Part shown: positions 29,368 through 45,275 of the stretch, piece after piece
Layout: each line of letters opens with the position of its first letter
Position numbering within the stretch: the stretch's first letter is position 1
Assembly (NCBI RefSeq): GCF_009914755.1
Contig: NC_060943.1
Strand: one strand, 5' to 3'
Source: the human T2T-CHM13v2.0 reference genome, Homo sapiens
DNA length: 64,000 nt
Made by a program: the position numbers and the translations under genes
The notes under the pieces: generated by a model
The model's input: the letters and a program-made list of their open reading frames with translations, nothing else
Databases searched by the model: none
What the model was told of the DNA's origin: nothing

Positions 29368-30651
29368 TTCATCCTCGTAAACAAATCAGAGCCAAGACCT
29401 CTCCCTGCAGCACCTGGCCATCTGCTTACAATGAGATATATCCCGTGTCATAGGTGAAATCTAAAACATACCACTGTGCTGAAGTCATGAGGTGTGGGGG
29501 CAAGGGGAAGGGACACCAAGTTGTTATTTATGCTTCCCAAGCAGTAAGATGCCTGAGGGGACATGGCTTAAATTTGTTTTATTCCATACAGACTGCCAGC
29601 CAATGCCAACTGACTACAGCCCCTCATGAAATCACAAGTTCACAGTCACACATACCCTTCAGGTAGAGGAGGTCACCTCTCCACCGCTCCAAGGCTCTTG
29701 AATAAACAATTATTTTCAGGGAATGCTAGATTCTGCCCAGGGACAAAAACAAGAGGATGAGGGACCCTGACTGGTAAAAACCTGGTAATTTCTCAATACA
29801 ATTCAATTTACAGCAATTTACATCTTATCTTGTCCTAGAAACATCTTTGCTGAAATGCTGATTACACAACATCAATATCAGAAGGTCTGTTCCCCTCCTA
29901 GGTGCTAGAGTGGCATCTACTTCAAATTCCTGACAGCGGCTTCTTTAATTGTGCAATCTGTGTCAGTGGGGAAGCACAAATAGGATTACTTTTCCATCTG
30001 ACTGGCTCAGGCAGCTGGTGAGAACAGCGCTCGTGTCATCAGCCAGACTGCGCCGCCTGGAGCCGGGCCAGTGGCCGTGCGCCGAGGCAGCTCTTAGAGG
30101 CCTTAATCCTCCTTCACGCAGTGTGTATACACCCTGCCCCCCACCCCTTGGACCAGCCAAGTGGTGGGGCCCCATTACCTCTTGACTCTGCAGTACCCCA
30201 GACCCTGCAACTTGCCTTGGATTAGACAAGCCAAGGCAGAGATATACTGGCCTTGCTGCTAGGGGAGAGTGTGAGCCACACTCAAGCTCTCTGTTCCCCA
30301 CTGGAGGGGACACAGGCACACAAGGATCTTGCAGTCAGGAGGCCAGGAAACTGGGCGGGACACAATCTCACCAACCAGAATTCCAGTCTCTCTGCTTTTG
30401 AAACTCATCAGCAGGCTAATTAAACTAGTAGCACTGAAAATGCTGCAGCATCTTTTCACTGCAAAAGCTGCCAGCAACTGGAGGGACAAGTGGCTCAGGT
30501 ACAGTGAAAGGATCCATTGTTACATGTGGGTTACATCATGTTGCTGATTGTTAAATCTGGGCGGATGGATTCATGAAATGTAAAATGTTCCTGTGAGAAG
30601 CATGTAGCAAAAACAAAACTTTGACATGGACAAGATCAAAACTGTTGGGTT

Positions 30652-31186
<535 letters not shown>

Positions 31187-31739
31187 TTCCATAGATTTCT
31201 AGACTTTGTGAAGGTAAGAGAATGTGATGTTACATCAGAAATGCAGGATGCAAAATTACAGATGAAATTAGGTAACAATGCCAGGTGGGTGGGCACAAAG
31301 ACCCACAGAATGAAGCCAGAGGTGGTGGCAGGTGTGTGGATGACAACACCTACTTACACTGAAAACCAACCAACCACTCGGCCACACATGTAAAAACTAC
31401 TCAGCCTCTATGCAATCTATCCCCTTTGACAAGCCCATACTGGCCTCTTGGTGTCTGTCCACTTCTACCTGGTAAGTTGGCCCTTCAGGCACTACACCTG
31501 GCCAAATTACAGGCTGAAAGATTATGATAGAAATGTCATTAATTCAAGCTATGCATTCCCACTGACTCAGCTGTGCCCTTCACAGTTAAGAGTGGCATTT
31601 TCTCCTTGTTGACTCCTTTAAAGCCATTTCCCCATCTCCTTTACCTGTCTTCACTTTACACCTTTTCAGCTATTCATCTTTTTCAACAGAGCTGTGGGGT
31701 ATGTGGCACTGAGATTCATCCACACCATAATATGAAACA

Positions 31740-31900
31740 CAGCTGGAAGTGCTGACACACACAGTCCCAGCTCTTAGGAGGCTCAGGTGGGAGCATTGCT
31801 TGAGCTCAGCAAGGCTACAGCAGTTAAGCTATGATCATGTCACTGCACTCCAGCCTAGGCGACAGAGTAAGACTCTGTCTTTAAAAATAATAATAAATTA
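31740..31900 (+). mobile_element. Alu monomer (FRAM/FLAM/AluJ arm)
   Basis: agtcccagct...cactgcactccagcctaggcgacagag. Confidence 0.75.
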
Positions 31901-34244
31901 AATAATTAAATTATGAAACGCAATGTGACATGACTGTGAATTTATGGATTAAAACCCTGCTTTGAGAGAGACTCCAAGATGGCCAGGGAGCAATGCAGAT
32001 CACAAAGTAGGGGCTGGCAGTGAGCTGGGCACTTTGCTCTGCTTAAGAGGGGTGTTTCCTAGGAGGAAGGAAATACGGGGGACACACTTGGAGAATGAAA
32101 GACTACAAAGACAGCAAGAGTGGGAGAGGAAGTTCACTTCTTAGAGGGCACGAAGAATTAAAATGAGAAGAAAGTTTAAGAGTGAAAGACAGGTTTAGTT
32201 AAACTCAGCTGATAATACACTCCTGGGCTGCCCCTGGTGTCAATCAGAAAATTTCTCCGGATGACATCACACCGGTCTTCTGAAATTTTCCCATTGCAAA
32301 CAAAAGCATAAAAACTAAGCTTATAATCCTCATTTAAATTTAAAACTATAAAAATTTCCTATATACCAAACACCAGGGAAACATGTTATGACAGCTTCTA
32401 TGTGAGTGGTCAAGATCACGCCCTTTGGGAATTTGGGAAGCCAAGAGAGAGATGAGTGAAATGCAAACAACAATCTGCATGGTTCATGACCACAATGCCT
32501 GTGGCTGAAATGTTCCAAAACACACCAGCTTAACACACAGTCCTGTTATGTGTAAGTGGAAACAACACTGAACTCTTGAAACAGATCCACGAGTGGGAAT
32601 GGTGACATTCCAATCAACTGCTCTAATTTCACCCACTGGGAAGCCGCCCGGGTGAGTAAGCAAGAGTGTATCACGCCTCTTAAGTTTCTTCTCAAAGCAG
32701 CAGAGCAGCGGCTGACTCAAGGTGTCCCTGGAACCTGCCCACACTCACTGGGGACACAAAAGGGAACAGGGCTGGCACAAGTGCTTTCAGAGACACCATG
32801 ACCCAACACCCCCACCAGCAACATTTTAGCCATGACTAGCAAGAGCCCTTGCTGGGTGGGAAAGCCAAACTAGACCTTTGATGGGCACGAGGAGAGATGG
32901 AGCCAGGAACAGACACATGCATGAAAGGCAATAGCACACAATGACTCAGGGTCCAGAGGTATCAAAGCCTGGGTATCTCGATGAAGAGCTGACGTTAATG
33001 GGATGATCTTTTCTTCAATGATATTACCCTGGGCACTTCATTGTGATTTTAAGAGAAAGATCTGGAAAAAACGTTACACCTGTCAGTATCTAGACACGCT
33101 CAAGAAATGGCTTCAGACAAGAAGACTTTTCTTCTCATCTTGCCCTCACCACTCATTAGGTACAGAATCCAATCTATGGGGATCAGGAGGAGGAACGGCA
33201 TCACTTTTCTTGAAGAAAAGGGAACGCAGAATGTGACACTAAATTAACGTCAGAGCTTCCAGCTTCCAAAGACCCCAAGTCCCTGGCTGACAAAGCAGGA
33301 ACTGAAGACTGACCCAAGACCCAAAGATGACCAGTCAGTGAGAGCTGACAGTGTCTCAAGTGCTGGATTTATATCTGATACACACCCCCAAGGGTACACA
33401 AAAGGCCATTCTTACAACTTTACAGAAGCCTTTGATGGTCAATGCCGTCCTAGGTAAACAGGCCAAGGGGTCCCCACCTTCCAGGCAACATTAACTTCAC
33501 TTTCAAGCTTCTCTTCCCTCAGGTAAAAGCAAGCCACCCAGATAACCCATTCCATGCACTGCTGGGAGGCCCTCCACACACATTCAGTGTCTACTTCTGT
33601 CCAGACAACTGAACTGAATCTGCTGGAGAGGGATGCTTGGAAGTAAATAGCTGTCACCCTCTCATCTCAGTAACTTTCAGAATATAAAGGAGCAGAATAA
33701 AATGAAACCCACACCACTTCAGACGACAACAGCTAAGGAAGCAAAAAACTTGGCAGGCATAATCACTTTGTGAGAACCATGTTCTTGTTTGCCCCTAATT
33801 CCACCTAACTTCCACAAAGTAAATAACCCACAGAAGTCAAGCAGCCCAACTCTTACACTGACAGGCGAGTACATGGAGGTGCTGGAGAGAAAAGACACAG
33901 AGCATGCCTCATCTCCTCACTGTGCACACCCTTCCTCCTCTCTCCAGCCCCTGCAGGCAGCAGCCACTCACAGAGCAGCCCTGGGTGCTGTGCCACAAGG
34001 GAGCCTTGGATGCAGCCAAGTTGGCATCTTGCAGACTCAAGAGTCCATCACACAACCTAAGTTCACTCCCCTGCAGATGTGGCCAGCTTGTCCTCTGAGT
34101 CCACTGAGGAGTAACAGCCACTTAACTGGTAAGGAATTTTCAGACCAATAGAAACCAAAACCCAGGGCAGCGACTATCACACTCGTATGGAACCTGTGGC
34201 AGTCCCTAGGAACGCCTCACCACCTTTCTACTAAAAATCTGATT

Positions 34245-34545
<301 letters not shown>

Positions 34546-35382
34546 CTAGGGTCTAGCATACAGAATGAAAAAATTTTAAAAAGTGCACATCCCTGAGTAG
34601 AAAAGAGATGGCAAGATAACATAAAACTTTGGCTAATTTTTATTACTACTTTTTACATTTGTTTTTCCCAACTCCCTGAAATACCATCAACATAGTTATC
34701 AATCAGGAACTAAAGGGAAAAAATACTTTAAGGAGGACTTAAATGGCCAGGGGTGGGTGGGGGCACGAAGCACAGCAGGAGAGACACCTGGCTTAGTTAG
34801 GATGGTGCCCACTCTGAGTTTAGTAACTGCTTTAGGAGGCGTGTGTGAGGAGAGCCAGAGAGCAACATGCTGGCAGCATGAGACCCACTGGCCTTCCCTA
34901 GCTCCCTAAGTTATTCCCAGGTTCTCCCAGATGCCATGCTAGGCTTGCCTCGTCCAGGGAGGGAGCCACCTCAAGGAGGTGCCCCATTACCCTCTCCTAA
35001 GTCCCAATACCCTCCCACCAATTCTTCCCACGCCTCTGTCCTATGGACCTAAGGCCAAAAGCCAGACAAAGGGGGACAAAGGTCTTTCCTCAGGTATCCA
35101 GTAACACAAATCAGTCCAGTCCCCTCCACCCCGAGCAGATGAGAAAAGGAGCATAGCCCCTCCCCTGCACCGGCCTAACATGGAGGAGCCAACACAGTGC
35201 TGCAGCAAGACCATAATCAGGCACCGTGGTACTCACAGGCTGGAGGCCTTATTAGCACAGAAGACGAGAAAGAGACTTCAGCAGCAGAGACAGGGAAGTA
35301 ATAGGGACATCAGGTGGAGGGCATGGGAGAGGAAGGTGGCTGCTGCACGGAGGAAGTGAAACTCCATACTTGCACATCTGCG

Positions 35383-35800
35383 CATGTCCAACAGAAATAC
35401 AATGTGGCTACTCATGCCATTTTAAAATTTCTAGGAGCCACATTAACAGAGAAAGCAGGTATGCTTACCCAAAATACCATTTCGACATATAAACGTGTAA
35501 CATTTTTTTCCTTACTAAATCTGTGAAATCTAAGTGTGCATGCCCCACAGTCACAGCACAATTCAGGTGCTAAATTTTCACCCAAAATATGTGATCTGTA
35601 TTTAGATTCCATAAAACTTGCAGCTGAAAAAGTAGATTCACATACCCGAGGTGTCCCCAACATATCTGGATGTTTTTCACTAACTAAACTGAGCATCAGC
35701 TTTGAAAATTAATTAGAATTTGATTAAAGTAAAAATTCATTTCCTCGGTAGCACTAGCCACATTTTTTGATGCTCAAGAGCCACGTGGGGTTAGTGCTGA
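35383..35800. mobile_element. MER33/MER3-like hAT-Charlie MITE
   Basis: tgtccaacagaaatacaatgtgg...ttttaaaatttctaggagccacatt...gcactagccacatt...gctcaagagccacgtgg. Confidence 0.65.
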
Positions 35801-36184
35801 CCTCACTGTGAAAATCTAAGAGGTTTCACTGGCTAGGAGGCCAAGGGCAGGCATTTTAGGAACTCTGCTCTGGGGCCACAGGGATGGGGAATACTACACA
35901 TTCAGGCTGGTTAGACCCCAGTCAGTTTCCACACCTACCACTTTTATCACCCACAGATCCACCTGTGCTTTAAATCAACCTGCTCAACTAAAATATATCT
36001 ATTTAAAAGAAAACATTAACATAGCATTAGTATTAACACATCACCTGTGTGAATGGGGGAAACATATGGGAAATCTCAACACAGGATACAATCATTGTTG
36101 AGTTTCCTGTATGCAAAAAAATGTTTATGCGGTTTTAGAGGACAGTGCCTTTATTCTTTTTTTTTTTAAGACACAGTAAAAACT

Positions 36185-37145
36185 TTAATAATCTTATTTT
36201 TATTATGGTAAAATATATGTAACATAAAACTTACCACTTTAACCATTTTTTACTGTATAGTTTGGTGACATTAAGTGCATTCACGCTACTATGCAATCAC
36301 TATCTAGCTCCAGAACTTTTTAATTTATGTATTTATTTTCTTTAAAGATGGGGTCTTGCTATGTTGCTCAGGCTGGTCTCAAACTCCTGGGCTCAAGCAA
36401 TATTCCTGCCTCAGTCTCCCAAAGTGCTGGGACTACAGATGAGCCACCACAACTGGGCGTTTCAGAACGCTTTCACCTTGTAAAACAAACTCTGTAACCC
36501 ATATATCCACTAAACACTAACTCCCAATCCCTGCCTCTGGCAACCACCATTCTACTTTCTGTCTCTGTGGAAGTGACTCCTATAGGTACCCAGCGTGAGT
36601 GAAACCACAAAGTATTTGTCTTTTTGTGGTTGTCGTATTTCACTTGGCATAACGTCTTCTAGGTTCATCCACATTGTAGCACCTCTGAATTTCTTTTTTT
36701 TTTTTGAGACAGTCTCCCTTTGTCGCCCAAGCTGGAGTGCAGTGGTACGATCTAGGCTCATTGCAACCTCCACCTCCTGGGTTCGGCGATTCTTGTGCCT
36801 CAGCCTCCCGAGTAGCTGGGACTACAGACACGTGCCACCACGTCTGGCTAATTTCTGTATTTTTAGTAGGGACTGGGTTTCACCAACTTGGTCAGGCTGA
36901 TCTCAAACTCCTGACTTAGATGATCTGCCCACCTCGGCCTCCCAAAGTGCTGGGATTACAGGTGTGAGCCACTGTACCTGGCCTGAATTTCATTCCTTCT
37001 TAAGGCTGATTAATACTTCATATTTTGCCTATCTATCCATCCATCAATGGACACAGGTTGCTTCTATAATACCTTTTGGCTACTGTGTATAGGGCTGCTA
37101 TGAACATGGGCGTACAAATACATGTTTCAGTCCCTGCTTTCAAAG
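36185..37145 (-). mobile_element. Old L1M 3' end interrupted by FLAM (36325-36460) and AluS (36692-36984), both on minus
   Basis: L1 3' UTR phrases (ggtaaaatat..cataaaa, ggcaaccaccattctactttctgtctct, ggttcatccacattgtagca); Alu TSD ctgaatttc. Confidence 0.8.
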
Positions 37146-37221
37146 AGAATGCCCTTAAGAAATGTTTGCTGAAGTACACAGAGGTAATATCACATCTGCA
37201 ACTTATTAAAAGGATTTATGG

Positions 37222-37340
37222 GTGGCTGGGAAGGATCGCTTGAAGCCAGGAGTTTCAGGCTGCAGTGAGCTATGATCTGCCCTCCAGACTGGTGACAGAG
37301 CAAGACCACATCTCAAAAAATAATAAATAAAAATAAATAG
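37222..37340 (+). mobile_element. Alu monomer (FLAM/FRAM-like)
   Basis: ggatcgcttgaagccaggagttt...gacagagcaagac plus A tail. Confidence 0.7.
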
Positions 37341-38186
37341 AAGAAGAGGAGTGAAACACAGGATCCAGTTATAAACTTGGACAATCACCCATCAAAAATC
37401 AGCTCCTTCCCAGAAGATGTTTATAAGGCACAGGCAGAATTCATCCGGAACTGCAGACACTGCCCTAAGCCCATCCACACCCTCCGCTGGCTTCTCCTGC
37501 TGGTGTGCAGAGCACAGAACAGCTTCACAGTCTTCCCTTGTTTTTACCAAAGCAGCCGAGCAGCTGGTGCTACACAGGCTGGTGCACTGCCCAGCAGACA
37601 CACAGGGCCGCCGAAGGGAGGAAGTCAACGCCCGAGGGTGGCCACTAAGCCGTGGCGGGTGCCTGCCCCTGCAGATGGAGGAGGGCTGAGTTCTAAGCAC
37701 ACTACTCTGTGAATGGCATGAATGAGCTCTTTCACTGGCACCAGAGAGAACACGCAACAGTACCATCTGCTGAGGGGAGGGAAAGTTCAGAGGAGCAGGC
37801 ACCGACTCCTCAGGCTTCCACAGCCACCAGGTCCCCACTGTGTCAAGGCGGCTGTTAATACTCAAGTCCCCTCCTCCACTCCTGAACATGAGAGTTAAAC
37901 AAAGTCAGCTACAGTCTCTTGGTCCATAACAACCTAGGGAAAGCAAACTACAGAACCACGTTAGAAATGCTTCACGTCTTTTACCTCAAAATACCTTTGT
38001 TTAGTAACCCCACTCCCCGACACAGGCCCCATAGCTCTGTTTTCTGGGTTCTGACAACTAGTGCCCTAAGCCAGAGGCCAGGCCCTAAAGAGACAACCTA
38101 GGCAGGCTTGAGATGTTTCTCCCACGACCTTTCCAAATGATTCCAGCAGAAAGCCAGACTCCTTAGCTACTTAAAATCAGAAAACA

Positions 38187-38636
<450 letters not shown>

Positions 38637-41412
38637 TAGATCTGATGAAACCAGGAGAATGGAAGCTAGGAAAGATGTGGCTCACAAGCAATGGGAGAAG
38701 TGTGCTTGTAAGGACACTGGAGCCCCCCAGCCTCTGGGTTCTGCCCACGGGGCACCACCCACAGCCAGGTCCCTGCCTGCATAGACAGGAAGGAAAACGG
38801 GGCCACTTCACAGGGTGCTACAGGGCTCTCAGCAAGGGGCTCAAGTGAGGGAAGGCTTTCCAACGAAGCAGCCTGAAGGGCAAGGAGTAATTCACATTTT
38901 TGTTTTAGTTCTTGGAGAGGTTTGGTTTCAAGGCAGGATAGACACATTAAAAACCATATGACTGCCTTAGGCTTAAGGGTAGGGCAGGGGGTCACACGCT
39001 AGGCATATGAAGCCCTAATGACAGGTGTGTGTACTTCTGAAACCCAGAAAATGAAATCCCTAAGGACTTCACTGAGGATCCATTGGAGATTAAAAAGAAG
39101 CTCCCATCGAGGCCTCCTCCTGCTCGAGTGACATTTAACACCAAGAGTAAGCTGACTGACATGTGGATTATTAAAAGTGTATTCAAAGTCAATGTTAAAA
39201 AGTTAGTACTAGACCATTTCAATTCTCTTCAAGACGCAGCACTGACTTAGAATGGAATTTTTGATGCGCCTCCACTAATCCTGTTACGTTAGAAAACAGA
39301 AATAGAATTTGTTCCCTTGGCGTTCACTGGTTGCCATAGAAATCAAAATGCATTATACTTTCAGGTGAAGAAATGCATCACGAGTACTGAAAAAGAAAAA
39401 CTCTCATCAAATCCAGTACAAACTCAAACCACCCCTTTAATAATAAATGGGTGCAAGTATACACCTAGAACACCACCCAAACAGATGTGTTCCAGCCCTG
39501 GGGAAGCAATTTCATTCATTTCAACATACAGAACACCAACCCCTAGAAAGATGCTCTAGGCAAACAGCTAATCTGGCCAGGCTGGGACTCTGCCTCAGAT
39601 GGTAAAGCTCACAACATATACACCCGCTTCTCATCTAAGCCTGCAGTTTTCATGTTTCCAGTGTGTTCCATCTCATACCCATATGTACGAAAACCTAAGT
39701 GTACCCCCTCTTCCCTCATAAACACAGGCTCCCTCATGAGTTGGTTTTGCTATCTCTAGGGGATGATATACAGGCTATTATAAATTTGATTTCAACCCAA
39801 GGAAACATTTGAGAGGTTTTAAAAAGCGTTCTTCATAAATGAAAAAGAAAAGAAAAAACTCTATTGCATTAAAGACGCATATGGTATTTTTTTTACTGGT
39901 CCCAGATGGAAAGAAGTGGGTATGATGGCACTTCAGACCCTGCAAAACCCCCAAGTCAATGGGTTATGGTAACTGTGACCTGACCATTGCTTATCACCCA
40001 CCACCACCACCCCGATCCTGTTCCTAACATGTGTCTACTGGGCCTGCTCCTGACTTGTTATGCCCTGCTCCTGGAGTAGGCCTATAAGGAGATGGTGTTA
40101 AGGTGAAGAACAGACTGCAAATCAGCTCCTAGTTGAGGCTAGCCAAACAGCAGGTGCCTGGGGATGACTCAGTATCCCCATCATTTGAAATTTTCCTGGT
40201 TTAGGTGAAAATACTGGGAGTTCTGACTCATCCTACTACATCTCTTGGGAGACTGTGGGCTCAGGAGATTCAACACAAAGACATCTGCCCTTGTGGGTTC
40301 ACAGGAACAGATAGACAATCAAGAATGAAAATAACAACTAAAATTAGGAGATGGTAAACCCTATGGAAAAAAGAAATGTAGGTGGCAGATGGGATGGCAC
40401 TTTAAAAATTCCTACTCCTTATGACTTTCACAAGTGAGGCTCTGTGGTTCCTAATCTCTTCTCATTGCCTCCGTATTATGCACTGAACAGGATAACAGTC
40501 CACCCAGAGAATACACATTCTCCACTGGAACATCTCATTTATGTGCAAATTGCTCTAAAGCTGGTTCCCCTGATATATAACTATTTTGAACACAGGGGCT
40601 TGTGGCTTACTTAAAACCACAGCTTCCATTTGGTGATAGCATCTTTATACTATCATCTTTAAAGATAATGAAAAACGACTGAATATGCCTTTGAGAATTA
40701 ATGTACATATGTAAAAGAGCAGCTCATTAAGCAATCCCATACGACTTCAGTGGTTTGCATGCTGTACTACTTTGCCTAGACATTGATTTTAAGAAGCTTA
40801 TGTATATCTTCCTGAGTCAAACGAAGGTTCAGTCATCCTTGACTCTACCCTTCAGGCAGGTTATGATGTCAGCAATCCTTAGGTTTACATTCTTACAGCC
40901 AAAAGGATGGTAATTCCTTCCACTATACCAGTTATTTTGCTACGTAGTGACAAAATGATTCCCTAAATAAACTGTAAGCAGTGCTGAATGATAGCCACTC
41001 AGCTAATCAAAGCCACATTTTTCATTTTACAAATATGTTCCACCTTTAATTGGGAAAGCAAGCCAAAAGGAGACCCCCTAGTTATCACAACATCCCACCA
41101 TACTTAATGATCCCACCCTGGTGTTCTCTGTATCCTGGAATTCTCAGAAGTTATACAACTCTCATAGGCCAAAAACAAAAGAGCTTCATTTCACAGCCAT
41201 CTGGAGGTGCCTTCATGACACTCAATTACGGCTGCAGACTCAGATGACTTATCTACACCCCAAAGGGTCTGCCTCTGCTGCTGGAAATGCTAGACCCAGA
41301 AGCCCTTGGCACTAATTTGGACCACACAATGGACTACGGGGAAAACTACCTGCCTAATAGGGCATCGTGAGCAAATGAGAAAACAACTGTAGATGTTTCG
41401 TTGAAAAGCCTG

Positions 41413-41848
<436 letters not shown>

Positions 41849-42564
41849 TCACACTGCTGGTAGTTAATGTCCTACTCTCTTAACTCCTCTTGGAGTTAAG
41901 TGCCCCTGAAAGGGTGCTTCCTGCCAGACCACACCAAGTGCACACCTGGGTGTCTCCACAACAGCCGACTACTGTCGATGCTAAAAGTTCAAGGAGGCCA
42001 ATGGCAGCACCACTCAAAACAGTGACATCCAGGCTGAAAGAAAAAAATAAATAAATAAGCTCATCTTTAACTCAGAAAAAGATTAGCTGAACCTCAGGTG
42101 CCAATATAAAAACCGAAGCTAAAAAACAAGCCTGAAACCATACAGTTTCGCTTGTTAAAGACACTAGAGTGGTTGTTTTAAGGGCTCCTGGCTACCTGAG
42201 CCCAAACCAGAAGTCCTAGGAGGGTGGCACTGGGTAGACCCAGCAGGGTGGCACCGGGTAAGGCCACTGGCAGGCTTATCTCAGTTCCCAGGACACCAGA
42301 TCATAAGCAGACCATTAAAAGGAGAGTAGCAGTTAAAGGTACAAGACAGGAAGCAACAGCTGGCAACTCGATAGCAGGAAAGCAGACAGCTATGTCCTCT
42401 TGCCAAAAGAAAAATCAGCCAAAAATTTAACCGCCATGGCAGAGTGTAAGAGCTTTAGCCGACTCGTGCAGGCACCACTCGTTAGTCTCTAGTGGATATG
42501 ACTGATAGTAAGGTGTCCCCAAGCTAGCGACCCGGAAGGGGTAAAGCACACCTATATTTTAAAT

Positions 42565-42883
42565 GTTTATTGTAAAATACACAGAACCTAAAATCCGCCA
42601 TTTTAACCATTTTTAGGTGTACAATTCAGTGGCTTTAAGTACATTTACACTGTTGTGCTACCATCATCATTATCCTCCTCTGGAACTTTTGCATCATTCC
42701 AAAAAGAAACTCTACCCACTCAACAGTAACTCCTTAATCCTCCTGCTCGTGGTAACCACTATTTTTTGTGTATGTATTTGACCATTTTTGGTATCTCATG
42801 TAAGTTGAATCACAATATTTGCCCTTTTGTGTCTGACTTCTTTCTCTTAGCATAATGTCTTAAGATTCATCCAAGTTGTAGCA
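42565..42883 (-). mobile_element. Old L1M 3' end
   Basis: ccattttaaccatttttaggtgtacaattcagtggc...gattcatccaagttgtagca. Confidence 0.75.
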
Positions 42884-43020
42884 TGTGATATTGTGAAATA
42901 CATATTTGGTCTTCACCGTTTCCTGGCATACGATTCCCTGGAATCCCCAAAACGCTAAGTGTCTTTTTGTAGGCTAATGAGTAGACTGAGGGCTGGGGGC
43001 TCCTGGATAGCACAATCAGG
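42884..43020 (+). mobile_element. MER21-like ERVL LTR 5' fragment
   Basis: TGTGATATTGTGAAATACATATTTGGTCTTC...TTTCCTGGCATAC matches the recalled MER21 start. Confidence 0.65.
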
Positions 43021-44435
43021 AACAATTAAGAAATGGAGCACCATGCTAGGACATACCATGAGTCTGAGTTTTCGCAAATGTAATGATTTTCTCATACTCT
43101 GAAACTAAACATTTCTGTGTTGAGCAAAACATAAACGCCAAGGCGAAATGTTCTTGTTCCCTTGCATTTCTGCAGCTGTAACTGATAAAGGTCTGGACGT
43201 GCAGTTCACAGCAGAGGAGAGAGACTGTGGCTGCTCTGGACACATCTGGACGACAGGCACCCAGCCCTCAAGATGCTGTCTGCCAGCTAGGTGGAAACAC
43301 CTCATGTGAATGGGCCCATTTGCTTCCTCTCCACTCCAAAAGGGGATGAGAAGAGGAATGTTGGTATGTGATTTTTGCAGCAAGCACTGAACTCAAGCGA
43401 AGCTTGGTTATCTTGCCACCTGGAAGGTTAGGTGTGGGAGGATGACACTAAAAGAACTGGCCCAGAAATCCAGGGCTAATTTTGTTCCCCTTTCCCACTG
43501 TTTTTGCAGAAATCTCAATATACCACAGGCAGCCAACAGCTCAGGAGAGGATCGTGCTCCAAATGTTCATCGAGCCAATCATTGGGACTTCTCTGCCAGG
43601 TTCCCAGGGAAGAATGTTGTAAATGATGGCTGGGTGCCATGGCTAATCCAAAATGAACAGAATCGCTATCTCCTCAGAGCCTGGGTCCCTAGGGCCTGGC
43701 CAACATCCAAGGTGCCTGGGACACAGACAGCCAGTGAGGGGCATCTGGAGCCCTGTGCAGTGAAGTAGCAGGCAGTCAAGGATATTGAAAGGTGTGCAGG
43801 CTGTCCCAGACCCCACGCCCAGAAGGCCATTCAGAGACCAAAGAACATGACTAACTCCAAAATGAAGATAAAAACTACAGTTCAGCTATGAATGTTTTCC
43901 GTCTAAACACTCAACACCATACTACTACTTTGTGCTGTTTACAATTTCCTAGCCTGCTATTAAATAAAAGGTTCCATAAAAGGGGGCAACAGCCCAGAAA
44001 ACAAACCATATTGTTGAAGTTGAACCTCTGCCCATCCCAGAAAACCAGCTTGCTGGAGAAACCTGTGCCATGTCCCACTGCAGCCTGGGGGTGCCACGGT
44101 GTGTGTCTGGTGTCTATGCATACTGTATCCCTAGCACCTCATGGCACTGGGCATCTAACAAGAGCCCAGGGACTAGAGACAGGTTCCCGCATCTCTCTCA
44201 CGGATGCACTTGCTGTTGCTAGCTCATGTGGCCTCCTGACCCTCGATTTCTTCTATCAATACACTAGGCTTTCTCTGCCGGGAATACCTTGTTCTCCAAG
44301 ACACTCCATCTGGCTAAAATCTTTCCTTCAAAAGGCTTTCCGTGTGTCCTCCATTTTTGCTAATTTCAAGCCTGCCTTGGGTGGCTTTCCCAACTGTTGC
44401 TGTGGCCAGAATTTGCCTTATCACAATCACAGGGT

Positions 44436-45275
<840 letters not shown>

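Noticed and set aside
39955-40015. Faint resemblance to Y RNA (gggttatggtaactgtga...)
   Set aside because: Lacks the conserved Y RNA terminal stem sequences; similarity too low
41879-41900. 9-bp hairpin CTTAACTCC-TCTT-GGAGTTAAG
   Set aside because: Stem of this size is plausible by chance in 64 kb and has no supporting context
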